A stretch of DNA of 64,000 nt, from NCBI GenBank assembly GCA_964398815.1, contig CAYNNZ010000002.1:207-64206 (forward strand). The letters are read 5' to 3'. Positions 1 to 12,857 of the stretch are shown here, one piece after another. The stretch comes from an uncultured Candidatus Saccharibacteria bacterium. Lineage in GTDB: Bacteria > Patescibacteriota > Minisyncoccia > Phycocordibacterales > Phycocordibacteraceae. Every line of letters begins with the position of its first letter. The first letter of the stretch is position 1. A model generated the notes under the pieces. The model made no database searches and was not told where the DNA came from. It saw only the letters and a program-made list of their open reading frames with translations. The translations under genes were made by a program, and so were the position numbers.

Positions 1-3414
<3,414 letters not shown>

Positions 3415-3425
3415 ATGAGTGGATG

Positions 3426-6400
3426 TTACGCGTTAGGGTCGCCCTCGAGGTCCATCGGCTCGATATCAAGCGCAAGACCGCGAATCTGATTAGTAAGAAC
3501 CGAGAAGGATGCCGGAGTACCTGCGTGTGATACCGGCTCGCCCTTCACGATTGCATCGAAGGTCGCAGAGCGTCCCTGGATGTCGTCGGACTTAATAGTG
3601 AGCATTTCCCGCAGCGTATAGGCGGAGCCGTAGCCGAGGAGCGCCCACACTTCCATTTCTCCGAAGCGCTGACCGCCGTTCTGTGCCTTACCTCCGAGCG
3701 GCTGCTGGGTGATAAGGGAGTACGGACCGATGGAGCGCATGTGAATCTTGTCTTCCACCATGTGATGGAGTTTCAGGATGTACATGTAGCCCACCGAGAC
3801 TGGCTGCGCGAAGGCTTCGCCGGAGCGGCCATCGTAGAGCTGCATCTTTCCGGAGCGGTCATATCCTGCCTTCTCGAGTTCGTCGCGGATTTCGTCTGCG
3901 GTAGCACCTGCAAACGGAGGCACGACTGCCTGATAGCCGAGTGCGTTAGCAGCAAGACCGAGGTGAAGCTCGAGAATCTGTCCGAGGTTCATACGGGACG
4001 GGACGCCGAGCGGGGTGAGGATGACGTCGACTGGATTGCCGTCCTTGTCGTACGGCATGTCCTCTACTGGAAGCACGCGGGAGATAACACCCTTGTTACC
4101 GTGACGGCCGGCGAGCTTGTCACCCACCGAGACGTTACGCACCTGCGCGACGGTCACGACGATTTTCTTGATGATGCCCGTCTCGAGCTGATCGCCCTTC
4201 TCACGAGAGAAGACGCGGACTCCGATAACGCGGCCACGCTTACCACCCTCCATGCGGAGCGAGGTGTCTTTCACATCCTTCGCCTTGTCGCCGAAGATGG
4301 AACGGAGGAGGCGCTCTTCCGGAGTCAGCTGGGTCTCGCCCTTCGGCGTTACCTTACCGACGAGAATGTCGCCCGGGCGGACTTCCGCGCCGATGCGTAC
4401 GACGCCTTCCTCATCGAGGTTCTTAAGGCGGAGTTCGCCGACGTTCGGAATGTCGTGGGTCGTGACTTCAGGTCCAAGCTTCGTGTCGCGGACGGCTGCC
4501 TCGAAGTCTTCGATATGAATGGTGGTGAACTTGGAGTTCTCCACGAGGCGCTCGGAGACGATGATGGCGTCCTCGTAGTTAGCGCCGTTCCAAGACATGA
4601 AGGCGACGCGAACGTTCTGACCAAGCGCCATCTGACCCTGGTCGGAAGACGATGCGTCTGCGAGCACTTCGCCCTTCTTGACCTTGTCTCCAGTCGAGAC
4701 GAGCGGGCGCTGGTTGAATGCGGAGTTCTGGTTGGTCTGGGTGAGGCCCTGGAGTTTGTACTCCTTCGGCTTTCCTTCCTTGCCCTGGACGACAATCTTA
4801 CGAGCGTCTGCGTAGGTCACCTCGCCTGCTTCCTGCGAAATGATGAGGCGGCCCGTGTTGCGTGCTGCGTGCTCCTCGATGCCGGTCGCGACAAGCGGTG
4901 CCTCAGGGATGAGGACCGGCGTTGCCTGCTTCTGCATGTTCGAACCCATGAGTGCGCGGTTTGAGTCGTCGTGGTCGACGAACGGAATCATTGCGGTAGC
5001 AGCGGAGAACATCTGATAGGTCGATGCGTCCATGAGGGTGATGTCCTCGCGTGCGACGACTGCCGGCTCGCCTCCCTTACGAACCTCAATCTGGTCCGGA
5101 AGAATGCGACCCTTTTCATCGGTCGGAGTTGCGGCGTGCGCAATGGACTCAGTCTCCTCATCGAGGGCATTCAAGTAGCGGATTTCGTCGGTGACGACGC
5201 CCTTCTTTACGACTGCGTACGGAGTCTCGATGACGCCGAACTCATTCGTGCGCGCATGAAGCGCGAGACGGAGGATAAGACCGATGTTCTGACCTTCCGG
5301 CGTATGGATAGGACAGAGGCGGCCGTAGTGGGACGGGTGCACGTCGCGGACTTCGAAGCCGGCGCGCTCGCGCGTAAGACCGCCCGGACCGAGTGCGGAG
5401 AGCGTACGCATGTTCTCGAGCTCAGCGAGGATGTTCTGCTGGTCCATGAACTGCGAGAGCTGGTTCGCGGTGTAGAACTCGCGGACCGACGCCTGGAACG
5501 GACGCGGGTTCACAAATGCCATCGGAAGAGAGGTCTCCGATTCAATCGTGGACATGCGGTCCTGGATGTTGCGCTTCATGCGCGACATGCCGACGCGCAT
5601 ACGAGCCTGGAGCAATTCACCAACGAAACGGACGCGGCGGTAGCCGAGGTGGTCGATGTCGTCTGCTTCTGCCTCCGGGTTCTGGTTCAGCTTTGCGATT
5701 TCGCCGACGATGCGCACGAGGTCATCGAGCGAGAGCGTACGGACATTAAGCGACTTCGCGTCGGTCGGGAGACCGAAGCGTGCGTTCAGGCGGTGACGTC
5801 CAACCTTCGAGAGGTCGTAGCGCTCCGGTGTGAAGAGTGCGTTCACATAGGACTTCGCGTTGTCCGGAGTTGCGAGGTCGCCGTCGCGCATGCGGCGGTG
5901 AATCTCCACGTACGAATCATCCACCGACACAGCAGTGTCGTGGGAAAGCGTTGCGGTGATTGCGGCCTGCGCGAGGTCGTTACCGATGAACTTCTTGAGG
6001 ATATCCTCACGAGTACCTGCACCAAGGATGGTGAGGAGGTTCGTGACCGGGAACTTGCGCTTGCGGTCGATTTTCACATAAATAGCGCCGTCTGCTTCTG
6101 AATCGATTTCAATCCAGACACCGCGTGACGGAATAATCTTGGCGCCAAAGTGCGGTTTGCCCTTGATTTCCTCTGCGATGAAGAAGGCGCCGAATGAACG
6201 TGCCAGCTGCGGCACAATAGCGCGCTCGACGCCCGACACGATGAACGAGCCGTGCGGCGTCATCATCGGAATATCCGCGAGGAAGATATCCTGCGTCTTC
6301 TCCGTCCCCATCGTCTTATTGAGGAGGGTGACCGTCGCCTTGAGCGGTGCCTCGTAGGTGCGCATGTTCTCACGCGCCTCCTCCTCGGTTCCCTTGGGGT

Positions 6401-6608
6401 CGCCTATCTCGAAGCCTTCGAAACGAAGTTCGAATTTCTTACCGGAATAATCAGGAATCGGTGAGAATTCCTTGAAGAGTTCCATGAGGCCGTCCTTCTG
6501 CAGCCACTGGAACGACTCGCGCTGGTGGCCGACTAGGTCGGGGAAATCCACGCGCGGAGCACGAAAGGCACTGAACGTCTTCTGCACAAGCGTTTTAGCT
6601 TTAGGCAT
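3426..6608 (-). CDS. rpoB: DNA-directed RNA polymerase subunit beta (1060 aa, short form)
   Basis: 1060-aa ORF. N-terminus MPKAKTLVQKTFSA...DFPDLVGHQRESF and motifs throughout match RpoB. Adjacent to rpoC, 11-nt gap. Confidence 0.95.
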   Translation of the reverse strand: MPKAKTLVQKTFSAFRAPRVDFPDLVGHQRESFQWLQKDGLMELFKEFSPIPDYSGKKFELRFEGFEIGDPKGTEEEARENMRTYEAPLKATVTLLNKTMGTEKTQDIFLADIPMMTPHGSFIVSGVERAIVPQLARSFGAFFIAEEIKGKPHFGAKIIPSRGVWIEIDSEADGAIYVKIDRKRKFPVTNLLTILGAGTREDILKKFIGNDLAQAAITATLSHDTAVSVDDSYVEIHRRMRDGDLATPDNAKSYVNALFTPERYDLSKVGRHRLNARFGLPTDAKSLNVRTLSLDDLVRIVGEIAKLNQNPEAEADDIDHLGYRRVRFVGELLQARMRVGMSRMKRNIQDRMSTIESETSLPMAFVNPRPFQASVREFYTANQLSQFMDQQNILAELENMRTLSALGPGGLTRERAGFEVRDVHPSHYGRLCPIHTPEGQNIGLILRLALHARTNEFGVIETPYAVVKKGVVTDEIRYLNALDEETESIAHAATPTDEKGRILPDQIEVRKGGEPAVVAREDITLMDASTYQMFSAATAMIPFVDHDDSNRALMGSNMQKQATPVLIPEAPLVATGIEEHAARNTGRLIISQEAGEVTYADARKIVVQGKEGKPKEYKLQGLTQTNQNSAFNQRPLVSTGDKVKKGEVLADASSSDQGQMALGQNVRVAFMSWNGANYEDAIIVSERLVENSKFTTIHIEDFEAAVRDTKLGPEVTTHDIPNVGELRLKNLDEEGVVRIGAEVRPGDILVGKVTPKGETQLTPEERLLRSIFGDKAKDVKDTSLRMEGGKRGRVIGVRVFSREKGDQLETGIIKKIVVTVAQVRNVSVGDKLAGRHGNKGVISRVLPVEDMPYDKDGNPVDVILTPLGVPSRMNLGQILELHLGLAANALGYQAVVPPFAGATADEIRDELEKAGYDRSGKMQLYDGRSGEAFAQPVSVGYMYILKLHHMVEDKIHMRSIGPYSLITQQPLGGKAQNGGQRFGEMEVWALLGYGSAYTLREMLTIKSDDIQGRSATFDAIVKGEPVSHAGTPASFSVLTNQIRGLALDIEPMDLEGDPNA

Positions 6609-6859
6609 GTCGCGTCATCGTTAGTCGTCTCAAACCGAGGGAATGCGCAGCGTCCCTACTCGCACCTCCATCCCATCCATAGGTGGAAATGCCAATAGGG
6701 CCATATACGCCTGAAGGTCCGTCATAAAGACGGACCAACGTCTCTCGTTCCCGAGACGCTGTTAAATTTGGATGTATTTTCCGGTTTCGCCCCTATCCCC
6801 CGCTACTCAATCTTTGTAAATGCAGTGTATTCCTTGGTTCCCACCCCGTCAAGAAGACC

Positions 6860-6912
6860 CATGGGGAAACGATGAAAATGAAGCGGGCGGGACCGTATGA
6901 GGGTCCCGCCCG
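6860..6912 (-). terminator. Rho-independent terminator after the membrane-protein gene, upstream of the ~280-nt rpoB leader
   Basis: Hairpin gcgggcgggacc-gtatga-ggtcccgcccg at 6884-6912, followed on the minus strand by UUCAUUUUCAUCGUUU. Confidence 0.5.
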
Positions 6913-6932
6913 TGCGCCGAGGCGCGTTCTAG

Positions 6933-7664
6933 TCAGACGATGAGGTCGAGCACCCGGCCTGGCCTCGTATCGTCCATTTTCAGGTGGACATGCGGGGCGA
7001 AGTCGCCGGCGATGGCTGAATGTGCCGCCGCCTGTGCGGCATGCCGACGACGGTCCTCTGCGTAGTTCGGACCCGGCGCGGTCGGCGGAGTCCTGCGGGT
7101 TTCTTCACCGCCGCGGCCGTTTCCGCGCCGAGTGGTCGGGGAGCGCCCAATCCACCAATATGCCGTCGCCCGTCCAGCAAGAATGAGCGCGGCAGCTATG
7201 AAGACCGCCAGCACCATTTGGTGCTGGAACGCCATCATGACCTGTGTGGCCGCATAGACGCCGAGCACCATAGGTGCGAGCGCCAGTTCTTCGGCGAGCC
7301 GGTAGTGCTCCGTGATACGCCAACGGCTGATGGCGAACGCAAGACCCGCAGTCGCCGCCCACAGCAGGCTCGCCGAGAGAAGCCCGAACGCCATGGTGGC
7401 GAGGCTCGCGATCGGCAAGCAGACCAGCAGGCCAAGCCAGGAATTCACCTCTTCGCGCTTCACGGTGCCGGAACGGACGGTCGCGGCGATCAAGATGACC
7501 GCAGCGATGATGGCCGGCATCCCGAAGGACAGAATGCGCAGCGCGAGCCAGCTCATCTGCGTGGCGCGGTCGTCAAGCGGTGACAGCTGCACGAGAGAGC
7601 GCAGCAGCAGGCCCATAACGCCGAAAAACGTTAACGAGTTGATGTAGTCACGCGTCGAAAGCAT
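6933..7664 (-). CDS. hypothetical polytopic membrane protein with Arg/Gly/Pro-rich C-terminal tail
   Basis: ORF-track frame 6933..8006. Likely start at the internal Met (MLSTRDYINSLTFFGVMGLLL) at 7664. It has 5-6 hydrophobic helices, and a terminator hairpin lies downstream. Confidence 0.5.
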   Translation of the reverse strand: MLSTRDYINSLTFFGVMGLLLRSLVQLSPLDDRATQMSWLALRILSFGMPAIIAAVILIAATVRSGTVKREEVNSWLGLLVCLPIASLATMAFGLLSASLLWAATAGLAFAISRWRITEHYRLAEELALAPMVLGVYAATQVMMAFQHQMVLAVFIAAALILAGRATAYWWIGRSPTTRRGNGRGGEETRRTPPTAPGPNYAEDRRRHAAQAAAHSAIAGDFAPHVHLKMDDTRPGRVLDLIV

Positions 7665-7810
7665 GAGATTGACCCTTTCAAACCCCTGAGGGTAACGAGA
7701 TGACTTCCTAGCGGGCGCTAGGCTCAGGAGATTTATACGATAAAAATGCCCTAACGTCAAAGCCCCGCCAGCATTCTGCGGCGGGGCCTCTCTTCTTCCA
7801 GAGACGGGTT

Positions 7811-8383
7811 CTAGAACGGGTTTCTGGTCGCGACGTAATAGTCGGGACGAAGCCTGTGGTACAGGTCGATGAGGCGGTAAGCCACGTGGGCATCGCGGAA
7901 GCCGACGAGACTCACCTGCGTGTCCGGGTCTTTCGCCGGGTCCCGCACGAGCCAGGCGATTGAGTCGGCGACGATGAAATCGATGGCTGGATGCTCGGTC
8001 GAGCACTGGGACGGCGCACTCTTAATGGTGAACGGCCGCCTAAAAAGACTTACTACCGGACCATGGTCGCCGTAGAAGGTCATCAATTTGCGACCCATCA
8101 TCAGGTAGAGCACGCGGTCCGGCATGGTGAGAAACCGTTCCAGCATGTCTGCGACCGAGGCGTGAGCCAGCAGCGGGAACGTGTGACCGTCCTCATCCGT
8201 GTACTTCGTCTGCACGAAGTACACGGAGTGCAAAGCTCCATCAATTATCGATGCCACGGCATTCGCCGCAGACTCGAAGGTATAGAGACGGTGCTGCCCC
8301 GTGCGGAACGCGTTCTGCGCTGCCCGTTCGAGCGATTCGGGCCGGTCATAGATGGACCGGATATTCGATGCGGCTTTCGCCAT
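7811..8383 (-). CDS. hypothetical protein (190 aa)
   Basis: ORF with a strong SD (AAGGGGGAAUA) immediately upstream of the ATG at 8383. No recognised family. Confidence 0.5.
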   Translation of the reverse strand: MAKAASNIRSIYDRPESLERAAQNAFRTGQHRLYTFESAANAVASIIDGALHSVYFVQTKYTDEDGHTFPLLAHASVADMLERFLTMPDRVLYLMMGRKLMTFYGDHGPVVSLFRRPFTIKSAPSQCSTEHPAIDFIVADSIAWLVRDPAKDPDTQVSLVGFRDAHVAYRLIDLYHRLRPDYYVATRNPF

Positions 8384-8420
8384 TGGTATTCCCCCTTGGA
8401 ACAGAAAAGACTGTTCCGGA

Positions 8421-9080
8421 TTATACCTTCTTTTTCTTATTTTTCCAGGCCTCGATGTTTGCGTGGTGGCCGGTCGCTAACACTTTCGGCACTTTGTATT
8501 GCTTCCCTTCCCAGGTAATGGATTCCGGTCGCGTGTATACCGCGGGAGATGCAGTGCGTCGTTCTTCCACTGACTCATCCTTGCCGAGTACTCCGGGAAG
8601 ACGACGCGTGACCGCATCGACGATGGCGAGCGCAGGGACCTCTGCTCCTGTGAGCGTTGCCTCCCCTACTGAATATTTCTTCACGGTGCCGAATGTTTTA
8701 AGTATTGAAAGCGCCCTGTCATCGATACCTTCGTAACGGCCACAGACCAGTACGACGTCATCGAACTTCGCGAGCTTGTCGGCTTCGGTATTGGTAAACG
8801 CTGGCGCAGACGGACTGAACCACACGAGCGCAATCTTTCCTTTCCGGCGCGCGAGAGACTTCTTGATGGCGCGCACGACTGGCAGCGCCGTCATAACCAT
8901 GCCGGGTCCGCCTCCGTACGGACGCTCGTCTACCTTGCCCCATTTGTTATCGACATAGTCGCGTGGAGTTTGGTAGTCGACGGAAATCTTTTTATTCGTG
9001 CGGGCGCGGCCAAGAATAGAGGCAGACAGGTATGCCTCGCATGCTTCCGGAAAAAGCGTAATGAGATGAAAACGAATCAT
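8421..9080 (-). CDS. trmD: tRNA (guanine37-N1)-methyltransferase
   Basis: MIRFHLITLFPE..., RPYGGGPGMVM and CGRYEGIDDR motifs, typical of TrmD. Confidence 0.9.
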   Translation of the reverse strand: MIRFHLITLFPEACEAYLSASILGRARTNKKISVDYQTPRDYVDNKWGKVDERPYGGGPGMVMTALPVVRAIKKSLARRKGKIALVWFSPSAPAFTNTEADKLAKFDDVVLVCGRYEGIDDRALSILKTFGTVKKYSVGEATLTGAEVPALAIVDAVTRRLPGVLGKDESVEERRTASPAVYTRPESITWEGKQYKVPKVLATGHHANIEAWKNKKKKV

Positions 9081-9563
9081 TAGGCTGGGATGTCTACTTT
9101 GACCTTGAAGTTGCCGCGAAACGCAGGAGTCTCAGCGGTTGGCTCCCCGATTTCCCCCACAAGTATTTGGTACCCACCATCTTCGTGCGCAAAGACGCCT
9201 ATCTCATCGCCTGACCCTGCCCAGTAGCACTCCACTGCGGACAACTCGCCTGCGACGAGGCCCTTGCCGTCTATCGAGCCACTAGCGGCAATGTCCTTAC
9301 ACTGGCCTGCGAATGTACCGATAACATATGACTTCCCTTCAACCGTTACTGAGACTTCCGCATGCGGAGTTCCGTATTGGTCGTCTTCTGTTGGGGTAAT
9401 GGTCCACGTGATATCACGTGCGACGAGCTTGCCTGCAGTTGATTCAGTGGTCGTGGCTGTCTGTGATGTGACCGGTGCCTGAAGGGCGCGCGTACCTACC
9501 ATGTACGCAATGAGTGCGACCACGACGAGCACGAGAATGCCAATCGCGATGTTCTTACTCATA
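9080..9563 (-). CDS. hypothetical membrane-anchored or secreted protein
   Basis: Probable start at the internal Met (MSKNIAIGILVLVVVALIAY, N-terminal TM). It occupies the slot normally held by rimM in the rpsP-KH-rimM-trmD operon but has no RimM similarity. Confidence 0.5.
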
Positions 9564-9569
9564 TCGAAA

Positions 9570-9872
9570 TTATAGCTCGCCGATGACGTCCTCGAGCGGA
9601 CGCACTTCGCTCTCGCGCTTGCCACCTGCCGGCTCGTTAATCTTGAGATTCACGCGCGCATTGTGCTTCATGCCGACGACGCGCAGGAGTGTGCGGAGAG
9701 CCTTTGCGATGTTTCCTTCGCGGCCGATGATTTTGCCCATATCGTCCGGAGAGACAGTGAGCTCAAGGAGAACGCCCATCTCATCCACGGAGCGCTTAAT
9801 GATGACGGCGTCCTGGTTATCTACCAGAGCCTTGATGACGTAATCGAGAAATGCGTGATCTTCGTGTTCCAT
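9570..9872 (-). CDS. KH-domain RNA-binding protein (YlqC/UPF0109-like)
   Basis: GKIIGREGNIAKALRTL KH motif. Conserved position after rpsP. Confidence 0.8.
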   Translation of the reverse strand: MEHEDHAFLDYVIKALVDNQDAVIIKRSVDEMGVLLELTVSPDDMGKIIGREGNIAKALRTLLRVVGMKHNARVNLKINEPAGGKRESEVRPLEDVIGEL

Positions 9873-9940
9873 ATCGTTTCAGAGTGACGGTAAATAATAG
9901 GGACGGAACGGCGCACATGCGCGTACGGGCGGGAAGGAAT

Positions 9941-10441
9941 TTAGGCGGCCGGAGCCTCCTCTGCTTCCGGTGCAGCTTCTGCTTCTGCAATCACCTCTGC
10001 AGGTGCTTCAACAGTAACCTCTGCTTCCGGAGCAGCCTCATCTAGCGGTGCTGCTTCTGCTGCGGCTGCCTCCTCAGCGGCCTTTGCGGCTGCTGCAGCT
10101 GCCTCGGCATCTGCCTTCTCCTTTGCTGCGGCTTCCTCTGCAGCCTTCTTAGCGATGTTCTTCTCGAGGTTCACCTTCGAGACAACCTTTGCGGTCTTTG
10201 CGCCTTCAATAACACCCTCCTTCACGAGCAGGTTGTGGAGGGACGGAGATACCTGTGCGCCCTTAGAAATCCAGTCCTTGATAGCGTCTGGCTTCAGGGT
10301 GACTGCCTTGGTCTTCGGGTTATAGGTACCAACGAGGTCGACATAGCTGCCTGCCTTCGGGCCTGCAGCTTTGGGGAGTACGGCAATGCGAAAGGCCGGG
10401 TCGTTTTTGCGGCCAATGCGCTGGAATCGGATCATCAACAT
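9941..10441 (-). CDS. rpsP: 30S ribosomal protein S16 with Ala/Glu-rich C-terminal extension
   Basis: MLMIRFQRIGRKNDPAFRIAVL... (start at the internal Met of the 206-aa track ORF). Low-complexity AEEAAAA tail. Confidence 0.85.
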   Translation of the reverse strand: MLMIRFQRIGRKNDPAFRIAVLPKAAGPKAGSYVDLVGTYNPKTKAVTLKPDAIKDWISKGAQVSPSLHNLLVKEGVIEGAKTAKVVSKVNLEKNIAKKAAEEAAAKEKADAEAAAAAAKAAEEAAAAEAAPLDEAAPEAEVTVEAPAEVIAEAEAAPEAEEAPAA

Positions 10442-10688
10442 AGTGGGGCGAAGCGTAGCAAAATAGGGCGTTTTAGTCCAGTACGGGAAAAGAAGGCGGC
10501 CCGTCTTCAGGCCGCCAGTTGGGCGCTCAAGCCGGGGAGGCGTGCGAGCGCTTACCGTCAAGCATAGCAGAAGCGGCGGCCACTAAGGGACCGCCGCCGA
10601 GCTGCCGTGCAGGCGCTCTCCCAGTTCGAAACCTCCCCGTTCCGAGACTGGGTAGAACTATTGTAGTAGACGCAAGGTAAAGATACGG

Positions 10689-10724
10689 CAAAAGGCGGCA
10701 GGTGTGGGTATCCTGCCGCCTTTC
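10689..10724. terminator. strong terminator-like hairpin inside the divergent rpsP/rnr intergenic region
   Basis: aaaaggcggcagg-tgtgggtatc-ctgccgcctttt with A/U tracts on both sides. Neither flanking gene is oriented to use it as a 3' end. Confidence 0.4.
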
Positions 10725-10856
10725 TTTAGAGCAAACCAAGGACAGGCGTCTCTCGACGCTTGGGACACCGCAACGAGTGCTAATCAACGGTGCCATCGTG
10801 ACCATGACGACCCGATATTCATAGCACATGGACCCTAATCTGCTAGAGTAGTGAAA

Positions 10857-12821
10857 ATGGCAGCAAAAGACACATACGAGGGTCCGATTACCATCACGCG
10901 GACCGGTAAGGGCTTCTTTACCTACGACCCAGACGAAGAAGATGTATTCATTCCGGGAGAGAACCTCGGGGGCGCATTCCCGACCGATATCGTGAAGGTG
11001 GAAATTGTCGGGAAGGAGGCAGACCCACGCACACGCAAGGTGCGGCAGATAGGAAAGGTGGTGGAAATCGTCACGCGCACCCGCGAGACGTTCGTCGGTA
11101 CGCTCTACCAGAACGAGGAGGAAAATCTCACCATGCTCGCACCGGATTGGAAGAAGATGTATGTCCCGTTCGTCGTGAAGGGTGAATCGCTCCCTATCGG
11201 CATGAAGGTGCTCATCCGTTTCCAGGGCTGGGCAGGCAATCAGCCGTACCCATGGGGCACACTCGAGGAAATCATCGGCCCAGCTGGCGAGCATGAGACC
11301 GAGATGCGCGCACTCGCACTCTCGCAAGGATTCAGAAGCGACTTCCCTCCTGGCGTCGTTGCAGAAGCAAAGAAGCTCGAAGTAACCGGCAAGGACCAAA
11401 TCGCGAAAGATGCTGAAGACGGCATCGCGTCAGGCCGTCGCAAGGACTTCCGTGGCACCACCACCTTTACCATCGACCCATACGATGCGAAGGATTTCGA
11501 CGACGCACTCTCGGTGAAGAAACTCGAGAATGGGAACGTCGAGGTGGGTGTGCATATCGCGGACGTTTCATTCTTCGTGCGTCCCGGCACCAATATCGAT
11601 AACGAAGCCCGAAAGCGCGCGACCTCCGTCTATCTCGTCGACCGCACCATCCCGATGCTTCCACACGTGCTCTCGACCAATCTCTGCTCTCTCAACCCGA
11701 ACGAAGACCGTCTCGCCGTCTCCGCGGTGTTCGAGCTCGACCGCGAGGCTGGCATCGTCTCATCCTGGTTTGGCGAGACGGTCATCCACTCGGACCGCCG
11801 CTTCACGTATGAGGACGCACAGGAGGTCATCGACACGCAGTCGGGCGATTTCCTCGATGAACTCAATACACTCAAGACCCTCGCGGATAAAATTCGTGCG
11901 CGCCGGACTAAGGCTGGCGCCATCGCCTTTGATACTCCGGAAGTAAAAGTGAAACTGGATGAGAACGGGAAACCAATCGAGATTTTGCTTAAAGAGCGCC
12001 GCGACACGAACCTCCTCATTGAAGACTTCATGTTGCTCGCGAATGAACACGTCGCGCAGATGCTCTCCGAACAAACGAAGAAGGCCGGAATCCAGAACTC
12101 GGTTATCTACCGTATCCATGATTTGCCTGATGCAGACCGCATCGAGAACCTCTCCCAGTTCCTCAAGGTGATGGGCTACGACCTCGACGCTCCGGGCGGC
12201 CATGTGAAGGGTGCCGACATCAACGCACTTCTCGACCAAGTGAAAGGGAAGCCGGAAGAATATCTCATCAAAACGGCGACGCTGCGCTCCATGGCGAAGG
12301 CGGTCTATACGACGCGTAACGTCGGACACTTCGGGCTCGCGTTTAAGTTCTATACGCACTTCACCTCGCCCATCCGCCGCTACCCTGACCTGCTCATCCA
12401 TCGCCTCGTGAAGCACTACAGCGAGGGCGACACCTTCACCAAGGAAGAAGTCGCTGAACTCGATACGCTCGCCGTTCACTCAAGCGAGCGCGAGGCGGCG
12501 GCAGTGGAAGCCGAGCGTGACTCCATCAAGATGAAGCTGGTGGAATTCATGAGCGACAAGGTCGGCGAGGAGTTCGACGCCGTTATCTCCGGCGTGTCTG
12601 AGCGCGGTCTCTTCGTAGAGTTGAACCTCACTCGCGCAGAGGGCATGATTCGCATCCGCGACCTCGGCGACGATTACTACATATACGACGAAAAGTGCTA
12701 TCGCATCGTCGGCGAACGCACGAAGACCCAGTACGCACTTGGCGACCCGATTCGCGTCCGCCTCTCAGCCGTGCGCCAGGCAGAACGCGAGCTCGATTTT
12801 GAACTCGTGAAGGCAGCATAA
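10857..12821 (+). CDS. rnr: ribonuclease R
   Basis: RNB-domain motifs (DAKDFDDALSV, HFGL...YTHFTSPIRRYPDL) and a C-terminal S1-like region. ATG at 10857; the track starts 2 codons earlier. Confidence 0.9.
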   Translation: MAAKDTYEGPITITRTGKGFFTYDPDEEDVFIPGENLGGAFPTDIVKVEIVGKEADPRTRKVRQIGKVVEIVTRTRETFVGTLYQNEEENLTMLAPDWKKMYVPFVVKGESLPIGMKVLIRFQGWAGNQPYPWGTLEEIIGPAGEHETEMRALALSQGFRSDFPPGVVAEAKKLEVTGKDQIAKDAEDGIASGRRKDFRGTTTFTIDPYDAKDFDDALSVKKLENGNVEVGVHIADVSFFVRPGTNIDNEARKRATSVYLVDRTIPMLPHVLSTNLCSLNPNEDRLAVSAVFELDREAGIVSSWFGETVIHSDRRFTYEDAQEVIDTQSGDFLDELNTLKTLADKIRARRTKAGAIAFDTPEVKVKLDENGKPIEILLKERRDTNLLIEDFMLLANEHVAQMLSEQTKKAGIQNSVIYRIHDLPDADRIENLSQFLKVMGYDLDAPGGHVKGADINALLDQVKGKPEEYLIKTATLRSMAKAVYTTRNVGHFGLAFKFYTHFTSPIRRYPDLLIHRLVKHYSEGDTFTKEEVAELDTLAVHSSEREAAAVEAERDSIKMKLVEFMSDKVGEEFDAVISGVSERGLFVELNLTRAEGMIRIRDLGDDYYIYDEKCYRIVGERTKTQYALGDPIRVRLSAVRQAERELDFELVKAA

Positions 12822-12853
12822 GAAAAAAGCGGCTCCCAGAGCCGCTTTTTCTT
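12822..12853. terminator. bidirectional Rho-independent terminator shared by rnr (+) and gdh (-)
   Basis: AAAAAAGCGGCUC-CCA-GAGCCGCUUUUUCUUUG. Confidence 0.6.
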
Positions 12854-12857
12854 TGCA

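Noticed and set aside
3741-6101. Plus-strand ORFs 3741..4964 and 4971..6101 inside rpoB
   Set aside because: They are antisense to a well-supported 1060-aa RpoB. Their composition is typical of high-GC shadow ORFs.
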